Shown: positions 53,340 to 63,734 of the stretch, in pieces
Layout: the number at the start of each line of letters is the position of its first letter
Numbering within the stretch: the stretch's first letter is position 1
From: Planctomycetaceae bacterium
GTDB taxonomy: Bacteria; Planctomycetota; SZUA-567
Assembly: GCA_021205245.1 (NCBI GenBank)
Contig: JAJPXZ010000103.1
Span: 10,575-74,574 of the forward strand
Direction: 5' to 3'
DNA: 64,000 bases
The notes under the pieces: model-generated
Databases searched by the model: none
What the model was told of the DNA's origin: nothing
The model's input: the letters and a program-made list of their open reading frames with translations, nothing else
Translations under genes and position numbers: made by a program

Positions 53340-55400
53340 ATGGAGAAGAGTGGTTCGGAGCTCACCATGACGACTTCGGACTCTCCGGTTGCGCGCACGG
53401 ACAGCCATCGTTTTGTTGCGTATGTGTCACCAGAACGCCGTATTCTCTGGACTGAATCATCCGGCGTTGGCCTCCCGCCGCCGGTGGACTTCACCGATCC
53501 CGATGCTCCCCTTACGCCACAAGTTGAAACAGTCCGCAATCTTGTCGACGCCGCGTTTTCGACGCGGGTGCCGCAATGCGGCAGCATAACCTTTGGCGAA
53601 GACGGCGAGGCGCAGACCTATTCCCTCAAGGCGTTCCCCGATTTCAGCCCGAACGGGCAATTGAAGGGCGTCATCCAGGTTGTCGAAGGCCGTCCCGGTG
53701 CGTCAGGGACCACCATCGTCACCGCCAGGAACCGCGAGATCCACAGCGTCCTCGACCTTACCCTGTGCGGTATAATCCTCTACGATCCGTTTTCCAGCCG
53801 CATCCAGAACGTCAACCGCCGCGTCGCCCAGCAAACCGGCTATTCCCTGCGGGAATTGGAGGGCATGACTGGCGAGACCCTGTTCGGGGAGGAAGGGACG
53901 CGTCTTCTCCGAAACATCCACCAGCGCATGTCGACGGCGGGCGACGGCATGATTTGGGGCCAGATGCTGGAGGTGCGGGACCGGTCCGGCACGGCGGAGC
54001 GGTATTTTTCGTCGCTCCGGATTATTGCCGCCGCGCCCGAGGCCGACGCGCCGCCGGTTATGCTTATTTCCCTCGATGCGGCCGAACTCGACGCAGTCAC
54101 CGGATCGGTCCGCGACGGGCCGAATCCCCGCTTTGTCCTCGAGGCCATGCAGGACGGGTTGTGGGAATACGACGCCGCTCGCCGCACCATGCACTACAGT
54201 GAGACCTATGGCGAAATCTTCGGTCCCGACGGTCTTCCCGGCGGACCGGGCAAACCGGTGGACGAGTGGCTTGATGAAGTCTATCCGGGCGAGTCCCAGG
54301 GCATACTGCACAATTGGCGGCAGCTGTTGAAAATCGGCGTCCGTTACCGGATGAACTACCGCATCCGCGACCGCAACGGGACGTGGCGGTGGGTCATCGC
54401 CACCATCCACGCCATCCTGAACGACAGCCACGGCCGCCCCGCCCGGGTGCTCGGCTTCCATATGGACATCACCGACGCCATGCAGGCGGAAGCGCGGCTT
54501 ATCGACACGGAGGAACGTTTCCGCACCGTCTTCGACAATGCCGGCATGGGCATAGCCGTCTCCGACACGGAGGGGCGGTTGGAGCAGGTCAATCCCGCCC
54601 TCGCCATCATGCTTGGCCGCGATCAGGGCGAATTCAAAGGCATGTGGCTGAGCCGTTTCGCCCACGAGGACTACCGGCAGGATATGCGCGACTCGTTGTT
54701 CCGGCTGCTCAAGGGCGGACGGCGGGAATGCATGCCGGAGCGGTTGTTTCTCCGTCCCGATGGCAGGGAGGTATGGGTGACCCTCACCGCCACCCTGTCG
54801 AGGCACGTTTCGGACGGCGCGCGCTACGTCATCATAATGGCGGAGGACGTCACCGCCAACCGCGCCAGTCGAGTCAAGCTCCAGTATGAGGCAACCCACG
54901 ACGTCATGACCGGAGCCTGGAACCGCTGGGTGCTGCTGGAGCGGCTCGAACAGCATATCCATTTGGCTGTTCGCCACCGCCAGCCGATGACGTTCTGCAT
55001 GTGCGATCTCGACAACTTCAAGCTGGTCAATGACACCTACGGCCACCAGGCCGGAGACGGCGTGCTGATGCGTTTTGTCGAAATCCTGTCGGAAGCGGTA
55101 CGCGAGACCGACATTGTCGGCCGCTATGGCGGCGAGGAATTCGGCATTGTCTTTCCCGCGACCGACAAAAACGGCGCGCTGCATTCGCTCAACCGCGCCG
55201 CCGAGATGTTGCGGCAGGAGAAGTTCAGCGCGGGCGGCGGCCGCACATTCAGCGTGACCGCCACCTTCGGCGTCGCCGGCGTGTCTGACGGCAGCGATCT
55301 CCGTTCCGTCATCGCCAGCGCCGACGAAGCGTTGTATGCGGGCAAGCAGGCCGGGCGGGATCGGGTGGTGCTGGCGAATGACGAGTATGCGTGGTATTAA
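53340..55400 (+). CDS. Multi-PAS diguanylate cyclase (GGDEF)
   Basis: PAS/PAC repeats (for example RDRNGTWRWV, FLRPDGREVWV), then a GGDEF domain with an intact RYGGEEFGIVF active site. ATG 53367 (GGAG 8 nt upstream) is an alternative start. Confidence 0.88.
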   Translation: MEKSGSELTMTTSDSPVARTDSHRFVAYVSPERRILWTESSGVGLPPPVDFTDPDAPLTPQVETVRNLVDAAFSTRVPQCGSITFGEDGEAQTYSLKAFPDFSPNGQLKGVIQVVEGRPGASGTTIVTARNREIHSVLDLTLCGIILYDPFSSRIQNVNRRVAQQTGYSLRELEGMTGETLFGEEGTRLLRNIHQRMSTAGDGMIWGQMLEVRDRSGTAERYFSSLRIIAAAPEADAPPVMLISLDAAELDAVTGSVRDGPNPRFVLEAMQDGLWEYDAARRTMHYSETYGEIFGPDGLPGGPGKPVDEWLDEVYPGESQGILHNWRQLLKIGVRYRMNYRIRDRNGTWRWVIATIHAILNDSHGRPARVLGFHMDITDAMQAEARLIDTEERFRTVFDNAGMGIAVSDTEGRLEQVNPALAIMLGRDQGEFKGMWLSRFAHEDYRQDMRDSLFRLLKGGRRECMPERLFLRPDGREVWVTLTATLSRHVSDGARYVIIMAEDVTANRASRVKLQYEATHDVMTGAWNRWVLLERLEQHIHLAVRHRQPMTFCMCDLDNFKLVNDTYGHQAGDGVLMRFVEILSEAVRETDIVGRYGGEEFGIVFPATDKNGALHSLNRAAEMLRQEKFSAGGGRTFSVTATFGVAGVSDGSDLRSVIASADEALYAGKQAGRDRVVLANDEYAWY

Positions 55401-55407
55401 AATCCTG

Positions 55408-56466
55408 TTACTCAGCCGCCAGCCGCTCGGCCTCGACGGCCAGCCGTTCAACCGCATCCTCGGCCGCGACCTTGTCCACCACCTTGCCGTGGATGAACAG
55501 GTGAATCACCCCCCCGGCCGAGGCGATACCGAGGTCGGCCGCTTTCGCTTCGCCCGGCCCGTTTACTTCGCAGCCCATCACCGCGACCCGAAGCGGCACA
55601 GTGAGGCCGGACAAGCGTTCCCGCACCGCGCGGGTCAGGTCCGACAGGTCGACCCGGCAGCGTCCGCAGCCGGGGCAGCTGACGATCTCCACCCCGTCCC
55701 GGCGCAGTCCGAGCGAGCGGAGCAGCGCCACGCCCGCTTCGGCTTCCCGTACCATGTCGCCGGTAAAGCTGAAGCGGATCGTGTCGCCGATACCGTCCAG
55801 CAAGAGCGATCCGATGGCGGCGGCGGACTTCAGCAGTGCGTCCTCATACACCCCGGCGGCGGTCACGCCCAGGTGGAGGGGGTAATCCGATCGTTCCGCC
55901 AGGATGCGGTTGGCGCGCACCGTTCCGAGGGCATCGTTGGTTTTGACCGAGAGGACGATGTCCCGGAACCCCATCCCGTCCATCCGATCCGCCCATTCAA
56001 GTATTTCCTCAGCCATCAGGAGCGGCAGATCCGGCGGGCCGACGGCATCGGGGCCGCGACGGTGGAGGATGGAGCCGGAATTCCCGCCGATACGGATGGG
56101 GATGCCCTTCTCGCCCGCCCGGTCCACCACCCGGCGAAGATCGTCCGGATTCATATTGCCCGGATTGATCCGCACCTTGGCCGCGCCGGCGTCAATGGCG
56201 GCCAGCGTCGTCCGACAATCGAAATGGGTGTCGGCGACCAGAGGCAGGGGCGACTGCGCCGCCACCTTCGCGAACGATTTCGCCGCGACCGGGCTGGGGA
56301 CGGCAAGCCGCATGATGGCACACCCCGCCAGGGCGGCGGCGCGGATTTCGGCCAGCGTTCCTTCGATATCGTCCGAGGCCGAGCGGGCCATCGACTGGAC
56401 AGTCACCGGCGCGCCGCCTCCGACCGCCACCGGCCCGACCATGACCCGACGGGTGGTTCTCTGCAT
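55408..56466 (-). CDS. ispG: 4-hydroxy-3-methylbut-2-en-1-yl diphosphate synthase
   Basis: 352 aa. GcpE pattern: VAVGGGAPVTVQSM, RINPGN, and C-terminal Cys ligands (SCPGCGRC ... VMGCEVNGPGE). Confidence 0.92.
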   Translation of the reverse strand: MQRTTRRVMVGPVAVGGGAPVTVQSMARSASDDIEGTLAEIRAAALAGCAIMRLAVPSPVAAKSFAKVAAQSPLPLVADTHFDCRTTLAAIDAGAAKVRINPGNMNPDDLRRVVDRAGEKGIPIRIGGNSGSILHRRGPDAVGPPDLPLLMAEEILEWADRMDGMGFRDIVLSVKTNDALGTVRANRILAERSDYPLHLGVTAAGVYEDALLKSAAAIGSLLLDGIGDTIRFSFTGDMVREAEAGVALLRSLGLRRDGVEIVSCPGCGRCRVDLSDLTRAVRERLSGLTVPLRVAVMGCEVNGPGEAKAADLGIASAGGVIHLFIHGKVVDKVAAEDAVERLAVEAERLAAE

Positions 56467-56605
56467 GTCTTCTCCCGCGAAAGCTTTTGAAATAGCGTGG
56501 ATTTCGTAAAACCCGCTAACTCATTCCGCCATCACATGGTAAACGCCGTCGGGCGTCCGTGATCGCTCCCCGGCTGGGAGTGGACGGAATCTAGCGTCGC
56601 CTCGA

Positions 56606-56634
56606 TTGCGTTGCGGACGGCTTTTTACTATAAT
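56606..56634 (+). promoter_or_regulatory. Sigma-70-like promoter
   Basis: TTGCGT - 17 nt - TATAAT, 50 nt upstream of ATG 56685. Confidence 0.4.
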
Positions 56635-56684
56635 TCTCCGTGACAAAATAGTATACGACATCTGCACGTGTTTTTGGAGCTTTT

Positions 56685-58112
56685 ATGACAGATAACGCCT
56701 CAGCCAGAAAATCCGGCGGCCATGCCAACGCCTCTATTCGCAGCCGGGCCCTGGGGCAGATCCCGGCCACCCTCACGGCCCTGAATTCGCCCCTGACCGA
56801 GGAACGCCGCATGGCCCTGTCCGAAGCGGTGCGGTCCTTCGACGACGGCAGCGTCTCGCGGCCGCAGGATACCGGTTGGGTCAATGTGCTGGCTCGGACG
56901 TTCTTTTCCTACTCATTCGATTCGTTCTCCCCGGCGCGCCTGGCGTGGGAGGCGGTTATTCGCGGCTTGTCGGTTATCGGCTGCGCCGATGTCGACAATC
57001 TGGGCGCGCTGGGCGAAATGCAAACCGCCGGCGACGCCCTCGGCATCCGTGCCACCGTGTCACTGGAAACTACCGTCCATGTCCAATCCTATGCCGACCG
57101 CGAACTCAACATCGCCGGGCATCCCGGATTCATGCGCGCTCTTGGCGTCGGTTTTACCCGGGTGCCGGAACTGGACACCGAGGCAGGCAGGCTCATCGCC
57201 TCCCTTCCCGATCATTCGCGCGCCCGCAACACCGCCATGATAGCGCGGATTAATCCCATCCTCGCCCCGGTCACAATCGACTACGAGGCCGATGTTCTGC
57301 CGTTGACCCCGGCCGACAATGCCGAACCCGAACATATCGCCGCCGCCTATGCGGCCAAGGCGAAAACACTCTTTCCCGAACTCCCCGACCTGGCGGTTTA
57401 TTGGGCCGATGTGCTTGGCCGCTCGCCCCAGGATGTCGAGGCGCTTCTGGGCGACGCCACCGCCTTCGGAGCGGCATTATGGGATAAGCTCTGCGCGTTG
57501 GGGGATAGCGGCGAATGGTGCCAGGGCGATTTCCCCGGCGTCACCGATTTCTACCGCGCTGTCGAGGGCGCGGGCGCGATTCCCTGTATTTATTGGCAAA
57601 ACGGCGAGACCGTGGGCGAGGCCGATGTGGGTCGTCTTCTTGACGACGCCATCCACTGGGGCGTGCGGGCGGTTGCGGTCGCGCCCGACCCGCTCTGGAA
57701 CCTGCCGGACGCCGAAGTCCGCGAGCGCCGTCTCGGGCTGTTGGCAGCGCTTGTCGCCGGCGCGCGCGAGCGCGGCATGATGATTCTCGCCGGTTCACCC
57801 ATGAACGCGCCCAGGCAGAAGTTTGTCGATTCCTTCGACGCGCCCGAACTCAGCGCCTATTTCCGCGACTTCACCGACGGCGCGTTCTGGCTCTACGGCC
57901 ATGCCACATTGCAGCGGGCCATTCGGGCTGGGGTGGGGAGCGAATGGTGCGAGCACGCTTTCGGCCGAGCCCGGGCCGACGCCAACGCCTTTTATGTCGA
58001 GGTTGGCAAAAAGGCCGCGCCAGGCAAGGCTACCCGGGTCCGCATCGCCAACGCCGGTCCCGAAGCGAACACAGGGGAAATTCTCGAGGCGCTCGCGCCT
58101 TTGAAAATATAA
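56685..58112 (+). CDS. Hypothetical protein, possibly a degenerate PHP-domain relative
   Basis: 475-aa ORF with SD TTGGAG. The N-terminal segments NVLARTFFSYSFDS and GCADVDNLG occupy the places where PHP phosphoesterases have DLHxHTxxSxDG and ITDHD, but the His ligands are absent. This is a weak, by-eye assignment. Confidence 0.35.
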   Translation: MTDNASARKSGGHANASIRSRALGQIPATLTALNSPLTEERRMALSEAVRSFDDGSVSRPQDTGWVNVLARTFFSYSFDSFSPARLAWEAVIRGLSVIGCADVDNLGALGEMQTAGDALGIRATVSLETTVHVQSYADRELNIAGHPGFMRALGVGFTRVPELDTEAGRLIASLPDHSRARNTAMIARINPILAPVTIDYEADVLPLTPADNAEPEHIAAAYAAKAKTLFPELPDLAVYWADVLGRSPQDVEALLGDATAFGAALWDKLCALGDSGEWCQGDFPGVTDFYRAVEGAGAIPCIYWQNGETVGEADVGRLLDDAIHWGVRAVAVAPDPLWNLPDAEVRERRLGLLAALVAGARERGMMILAGSPMNAPRQKFVDSFDAPELSAYFRDFTDGAFWLYGHATLQRAIRAGVGSEWCEHAFGRARADANAFYVEVGKKAAPGKATRVRIANAGPEANTGEILEALAPLKI

Positions 58113-58235
58113 GGTACGGAACAGCTTCGATGCGCAGTGCGCCCGCCCGCAGTGGGGGTTTAGGCCCCTCGCCGATATAGTATATATAAGGCAGGCTTAC
58201 GTGGGCCGGCTGTTTTTTGTGCCGTGGAGGACGTC

Positions 58236-59429
58236 ATGCCCGGATACACCGACATCAGCCCCAATGAACCCGATGTGACGCCGGATTACATTGACGATAC
58301 GCGCCAATCGGCTCCGACTGCGGTGATGGAACCGCCGTCACGTCCCGCCTCCGCCGTAAAGCCCGAAGCGGCACCGTCATCCAGCCACCGCGACGGCGAA
58401 TGCATCCCCAATGTCCCCGATGTCGAGCCGGAGACGGTCCCGCTCGAACGGGTGGCGTCGTCCGTCCGTCCCGATCCATTGGCATCCGCGTCGGTGGATG
58501 TTCCCCCTCCCTCCTCACCGTGGCTCAGGTGGTATTTGGGCGCAACGGTTCTGGTTGTCGGCGCATTTTGCTTTTTCTTGACCAGCCAGGCGATTAGCTC
58601 TCTCGCCTATGCCGCCACCCTTGCGCCATGGCTCCGCTATCCGCTTCTCGGCATCCTGGGGCTTTCGTGTCTGGCCGTGCTTGTTGTGTGCGTGGCTCTC
58701 GTTCGTTCCTGGATGCGGCTCCGCCGCGTTCGACAGGTCGACCTCGATGCCTTGCAGGAACTCCGCCGCCGCGCCAAATCCCGCGAGGACGGCCTCGAGC
58801 ATATGCAGGCCGCCCGGGCGAGCCTGGAGGAATACCTGCTCACCTACCCGCTTTCCGCCGCCAAGCAGCCGGTTTTGCTGAGCGCCGGACTAAAGCCCGA
58901 GACACTTGAAAAACTCGCCCGCAGCCGCGACTATCTGGTCGGGCGTTCCGTCGACAGCATGACCTGGCTGGACGATTTCGGCCGGGGCTTCCAGGACGAA
59001 CTCGACGCCGCCGCCCGCGCCCGCATCAAGGTGTGGTCGCTCCGCGCCGCCGGCTGCGTCATCGCGTCGCCGCTGCCGTTTTTGGATGCGGTCCTGGTCC
59101 TCAGTATCGCCTTGAAGATGCTCCGCGATGTCTGCGTTATTTACAATATCCGTGCCAGCCGGTCCGGCTTGTTGCTGCTCCTGAACAAGGCGATAGCTGC
59201 GGCATTTATCGCCGGCGTGGCCGAAAATGCCACCGAGATAGCCGGCGGCTACGCGGCCGAAGAATTGTCCGAAATGGTGGGGGAGGGCGTGCTCGACTCG
59301 TTGGGCGCCCGGGTGGCGGGCGTTGTCGCCCCGAAGCTGGGCGAAGGGGCGGTGAACGCGTTCTTTATCCACCGCCTGGGGCGCTCCGCCGTCCGCATGG
59401 TGCAACCGCTTAAACCGAAGAAGGGTTAG
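58236..59429 (+). CDS. DUF697/YcjF-like membrane protein with disordered N-terminus
   Basis: ATG 58236 lies 6 nt after GGAGGA; the ORF track starts at GTG 58224. Two central TM helices are followed by a C-terminal conserved region (LLLLNKAIAAAFIAGVAE...FFIHRLGRSA). Confidence 0.55.
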   Translation: MPGYTDISPNEPDVTPDYIDDTRQSAPTAVMEPPSRPASAVKPEAAPSSSHRDGECIPNVPDVEPETVPLERVASSVRPDPLASASVDVPPPSSPWLRWYLGATVLVVGAFCFFLTSQAISSLAYAATLAPWLRYPLLGILGLSCLAVLVVCVALVRSWMRLRRVRQVDLDALQELRRRAKSREDGLEHMQAARASLEEYLLTYPLSAAKQPVLLSAGLKPETLEKLARSRDYLVGRSVDSMTWLDDFGRGFQDELDAAARARIKVWSLRAAGCVIASPLPFLDAVLVLSIALKMLRDVCVIYNIRASRSGLLLLLNKAIAAAFIAGVAENATEIAGGYAAEELSEMVGEGVLDSLGARVAGVVAPKLGEGAVNAFFIHRLGRSAVRMVQPLKPKKG

Positions 59430-59431
59430 AA

Positions 59432-62395
59432 ATGTCGAAATCACTGGAGGTTTTGGAAAGCTTGCAAATAGGCGCAACCCACCACGGCTTTCGGGTCGAG
59501 CGGATAACGCCGCTCCCCCGGATGATGATGACGGCGGTGGAACTCGTGCACATGAGGTCGGGCGCGAAGATGCTCCACCTCGCCGCCGACGATGCGGAAA
59601 ACCTCTTTTCCATCGCCTTCCGCACCCCGCCGCCCGACGACACGGGCCTGCCGCACATTCTCGAGCACAGCGTCCTGTGCGGGTCGAAGCGCTACCCGGT
59701 CAAGGATCCCTTTGTCGAATTGCTGAAGACCAGCCTCGCCACTTTCCTCAATGCCGCCACCTATCCCGACCGCACCCTCTACCCCTGCGCCAGCATGAAC
59801 CCGAAGGATTTCCATAACCTCATGCGCGTCTATTGCGATGCGGTCTTTTTCCCGCTCCTGACCGAAGACCATTTCCGCCAGGAAGGCCACCATTTCGAAA
59901 TCACGCCCGAAGGCAAACTCACGGTCAAGGGCGTCGTCTATAATGAAATGCGCGGCGTCTATTCCGACCCGGAAGGCCTGCTCGACCGGCATGTTCAGGC
60001 GCTCCTGTTCGAGTCGAACGCCTATGGACGCGACTTCGGCGGCGACCCCAAGGCTATTCCGTCCCTGACCTACAAGCAGTACCTCCAGTTTCACCGAGAC
60101 TACTACCATCCGTCCAACGCCTGGATTTTCACCTACGGCAATGTCGCCTTGCCGGTGACGCTGGAAGTGCTGGACCGCGAATATTTGTCGAAGTTCGACG
60201 CGCGCGGCCTCGATACCGGCATTAAGCCGCTGGCGCTGTGGGACAAACCGCGTCAAGCCGCCTTCACCTATCCCATCGACGCCGACGATTCCGAAGCCGG
60301 CCGCACCGACATCGCCGTCGCCTTCGCCACCAACGACAAACGGGACGTCATGGCCAACCTCGCCATGAAGGTGGTCAATATTTACCTCCTCGACAACGCC
60401 GCCTCGCCCCTCCGCAAGGCGCTTATCGATTCGCGCCTGGGCGAGGAACTCGGCGGATCCGGCCATGCCGATTACCAGCGCGACACCTTCTTTATTGTCG
60501 TGTTGAAGGGGTCGGAAAAGGACCGCGCCGAAGCGGTCGAGGATCTCATCCTCAAGACGGTCAAGGCTGAAGTCGAGCGCGGCTTCGATCCGAGCAAGGT
60601 CGAATCGGCATTGCATCGGTTGGAACTGTCGAGCCGCGAGATTCGGCCGCAATATCCTCTCAATCTTATGGACCGGGTGCTTGGCACCTGGCTCTACGAT
60701 TCCGACCCGCTTGGCGCGGTGGACATCTCCGGCCACCTCGACGAACTGCGCGAAACGCTGAAGCGGGACAAGCGCCTGCTCGAACGCACCGCCGAGCAGT
60801 GGCTTCTCGACAACACCCACCGCCTCACTGTTACCCTGTCCCCGGACAAGGAGTATATGGAAAAGCTCGACCGCGAGACAGCGGCCGAGATGGACCGTCT
60901 CCTCGCCGGCATGAGCGAGGGCGAACGGCGCGAGGTGGAGGAAGTCGCCGCCAGGCTGGAAAAAATGCAGTCCGAAGGCAACACACCGGAAGCGCTCGCG
61001 ACTCTGCCCCGGCTGGCCAAGTCCGACGTCTCGCCCGAGCCGTTGCCGCTTGCCTACGAGGTCGAACGGGCCGGGCCGGGCGAACTCCTCCGCGTGCCAA
61101 TGTACGCGGGCGGTATCGGCTACCTCAACCTGGCGCTGCAGGTATCTGGCCTGAACGAGGACGAATTATTGCTCCTGCCGCTCCTGTGCGAAGCGATGTG
61201 CAAGGGCGGTGCCGGCGGGATGGACTACGCCGCCATGGCGGAACGCGAGGCCGCGTCCACCGGATCTCTCGATTTTTCCGCAGGCATGATTACCCATATC
61301 GACGGGCCGGACAAGGCTGTGGTGCGGGTCGCCGGCTGGCTGAAGGCATTGGATTCGGAATGGCCGCAGGCGATGTCGGTGTTTTCCGACCGCCTCTTCC
61401 GTCCCGATTTCGCCGACCGCGAGCGGCTCCGGGATATCGTTCTCCAGTCGCGGGTCGGCTGGCGCAACCAGATCGTCCCGTCGGGTAATGCGTATGCTTC
61501 CCTTTATGCCGGACGAAACCTCACCCCGGCTCTCGGGCTGGCCGAACGGTTGCAGGGCTGCACCCAGGCCCGTTTTGTCGACCGCCTGGCGTCGGAATTG
61601 GACGCCATTCTGGATACCCTTCCTGATCGCCTGAGCGCGCTTCACAAAAAGATGCTCGCCGGCGCAACGCCGCTTGGCGCGGTTCTTGGAGCCGATTCCA
61701 CCTACGCGGTGGTGCGGGAATGGTTCTCGGCCAACGCGGCAGTCTTCGCCGGCAACGGCGGGCGGCAAGAGTCGTTCGGTCCGTTGGGCGGGTCCGACCG
61801 GGTCGGCCTGGCCGCTCCGGCAGACATCGCCTACGCGGCCTGCGCCATGCCGGGACCGTCGATCGCCGATCCGATGGCGCCGGCTCTGGTGCTGCTCGGC
61901 ACCCAACTGAGTTACGGTTATCTGTGGAACGAGGTCAGGGTCAAGGGCGGGGCCTATGGCGTGCGCGCCACCTTGGACGGCGGGCGCGGCAGCTTTAATT
62001 TCTCCAGTTACCGCGATCCCAATATCGAGCGCACTCTCGGCGTCTATCTGAAGGCGCAGGGCTTTGTCGACGACGAAATGGACCTGTCGCCGAAGGGGGT
62101 GGAGCAGGCGATTATCGGCACCTTCAAACAGTTGGACTCGCCCATGCGGCCGTCGTCGGCGGTCATCACCGCCCTGAGCCGTTACGCCAGCGGTGAAACG
62201 GAAGCGTTCCGGCGCGAGTTCCGCACCCGCCTCCTCAGCCTTGGCGGAGGCGACATTAAGAAGGCCGCCGACAAGGTGTTCAGTTCCATGGGTGGCGCGC
62301 CGGTATGCGCCTTGTCGAGCCGCGAAAAGCTGGCCGAGGAAAACGCCAAGATGGAACGCCCGCTCGATATCGAACCGCTGTGGGAACACGCGTAA
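59432..62395 (+). CDS. M16C-family (PreP/insulinase-like) zinc metallopeptidase
   Basis: 987 aa. Inverted zinc motif HILEHSVLCGS (HxxEH), a downstream YNEMRG Glu ligand region, and four-domain length typical of presequence-protease-like enzymes. Confidence 0.88.
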   Translation: MSKSLEVLESLQIGATHHGFRVERITPLPRMMMTAVELVHMRSGAKMLHLAADDAENLFSIAFRTPPPDDTGLPHILEHSVLCGSKRYPVKDPFVELLKTSLATFLNAATYPDRTLYPCASMNPKDFHNLMRVYCDAVFFPLLTEDHFRQEGHHFEITPEGKLTVKGVVYNEMRGVYSDPEGLLDRHVQALLFESNAYGRDFGGDPKAIPSLTYKQYLQFHRDYYHPSNAWIFTYGNVALPVTLEVLDREYLSKFDARGLDTGIKPLALWDKPRQAAFTYPIDADDSEAGRTDIAVAFATNDKRDVMANLAMKVVNIYLLDNAASPLRKALIDSRLGEELGGSGHADYQRDTFFIVVLKGSEKDRAEAVEDLILKTVKAEVERGFDPSKVESALHRLELSSREIRPQYPLNLMDRVLGTWLYDSDPLGAVDISGHLDELRETLKRDKRLLERTAEQWLLDNTHRLTVTLSPDKEYMEKLDRETAAEMDRLLAGMSEGERREVEEVAARLEKMQSEGNTPEALATLPRLAKSDVSPEPLPLAYEVERAGPGELLRVPMYAGGIGYLNLALQVSGLNEDELLLLPLLCEAMCKGGAGGMDYAAMAEREAASTGSLDFSAGMITHIDGPDKAVVRVAGWLKALDSEWPQAMSVFSDRLFRPDFADRERLRDIVLQSRVGWRNQIVPSGNAYASLYAGRNLTPALGLAERLQGCTQARFVDRLASELDAILDTLPDRLSALHKKMLAGATPLGAVLGADSTYAVVREWFSANAAVFAGNGGRQESFGPLGGSDRVGLAAPADIAYAACAMPGPSIADPMAPALVLLGTQLSYGYLWNEVRVKGGAYGVRATLDGGRGSFNFSSYRDPNIERTLGVYLKAQGFVDDEMDLSPKGVEQAIIGTFKQLDSPMRPSSAVITALSRYASGETEAFRREFRTRLLSLGGGDIKKAADKVFSSMGGAPVCALSSREKLAEENAKMERPLDIEPLWEHA

Positions 62396-62426
62396 GCGCG
62401 AAGCGGCAATTCGACGAAACATTGAG

Positions 62427-62451
62427 CCGCCCCGGTGTCGTGCCGGGGCGG
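62427..62451 (+). terminator. Rho-independent terminator after the M16 peptidase gene
   Basis: CCGCCCCGG-TGTCGTG-CCGGGGCGG is a perfect 9-bp stem followed by TTTCGTGT. Confidence 0.55.
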
Positions 62452-62608
62452 TTTCGTGTCGGTGAAGATCAGACGCGGCATTGACCTCCCTCCACAGTTC
62501 GGTCGGATTGTCCTAGAAGAACTCAATATCGTACAATTATCTTTTTTGAGGCTCCATATCCTGTCATGTGTCGAGCGCAACGGAGCGCCCATTTAACAGG
62601 AGAAAGAT

Positions 62609-62998
62609 ATGGTTCCTCATGTTTTTGACAGTTTCAACCACGGCCAGCTGTTGAACCACCACGATGAAAGATTGTTTTCCCAGCTCCCGTGGAATGCTCA
62701 TCCATCGTTCTCTGGTGTGGCACTTAAACACTTGGTGACCAGCAAGGAAACCAATGGGATGTTCAGCTACCATCTGGTGAAGATCGAACCTGGCCATGCG
62801 ATTGGCGATCATATTCATGATCCTCAGTTGGAGACCCACGAGGTCATCGAAGGGACTGGTGTCTGCCGCAACGGCGAGGTGGTCGGTGAGTATAAGCCGG
62901 GAATGATTTCAATTTTTTTACCCCGCGTTCATCATGCGGTCGAAGCCGGCGAGGATGGTCTGCTGATTTTTGCGAAATTCATACCGCCATTGTGTTAA
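62609..62998 (+). CDS. Cupin-domain protein
   Basis: 129 aa with SD AGGAGA. Cupin motifs: GHAIGDHIHDPQLETHEVIEG and a second His motif (LPRVHHAVEA). Confidence 0.7.
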   Translation: MVPHVFDSFNHGQLLNHHDERLFSQLPWNAHPSFSGVALKHLVTSKETNGMFSYHLVKIEPGHAIGDHIHDPQLETHEVIEGTGVCRNGEVVGEYKPGMISIFLPRVHHAVEAGEDGLLIFAKFIPPLC

Positions 62999-63005
62999 AG
63001 CGTCT

Positions 63006-63734
63006 TCAGGTGATGTATACTTGTGAGTTGAGGTATTGGCGGGGCGTAAGGCCGTGCAGCCGCTTAAAATGCTTGATAAAATGGCTTTGGTCAAAGAAGC
63101 CGGCCTGCAGTGCCGTTTGAGTCAGAGTGGTGTTCTTGGACAGGAGGTTCCGGGCTTTACGTACACGATTTTGCAGAAGAAAACTATATGGTGTCAGTCC
63201 GTAGCGTTTCCTGAATAAGCGAATGAGGTGATACTTATCAAAATGTACATGCTCCGCCATTTCCGTGAGGGTGATGTCTTGATCGGGAGCGGCACTCATT
63301 TCTTCCTGGAGTAACCGCAGCGAATCTTCCGGTTCTCCCGAGCTCGGCGTAAGGTTGTCGAGAGCCTTTATAAAGAGTCGTCTTTCGGTTCTACGCAACC
63401 GGCCATTGTTTACCAAATCTTCGAGAAAGCCGAAAATCTGATCCTTATTTCTTCCGATTAGACATTTATCGATGCAAAGACTCAGCAAGGAATGCCGCGT
63501 CACTGCCTGGATGCCATGCAGGCAATGCGGTGGAAGGGCAATATGGCTTTTTGCACGTAGACAGTGCGGACCATCTGTTGTGGAAACACGAATAGTTCCA
63601 CTTCGGACCAGCAAGATAATATAGGTGGATATATGGGTGTGTTGACTGATATTCACCCTGCGACCGGTGGAGTGGACGAATTCCATCCCCGAAATGCCAC
63701 TGGTTACATATTCCGTATTCGTTTGAAGAGTCAT
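63006..63734 (-). CDS. AraC-family transcriptional regulator
   Basis: 242 aa. N-terminal cupin-like sensor and a C-terminal double HTH (ITLTEMAEHVHFDKYHLIRLFRKRYGLTPYSFL...ALQAGFFDQSHFIKHFKRLHGLTPRQY). Confidence 0.88.
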   Translation of the reverse strand: MTLQTNTEYVTSGISGMEFVHSTGRRVNISQHTHISTYIILLVRSGTIRVSTTDGPHCLRAKSHIALPPHCLHGIQAVTRHSLLSLCIDKCLIGRNKDQIFGFLEDLVNNGRLRRTERRLFIKALDNLTPSSGEPEDSLRLLQEEMSAAPDQDITLTEMAEHVHFDKYHLIRLFRKRYGLTPYSFLLQNRVRKARNLLSKNTTLTQTALQAGFFDQSHFIKHFKRLHGLTPRQYLNSQVYIT

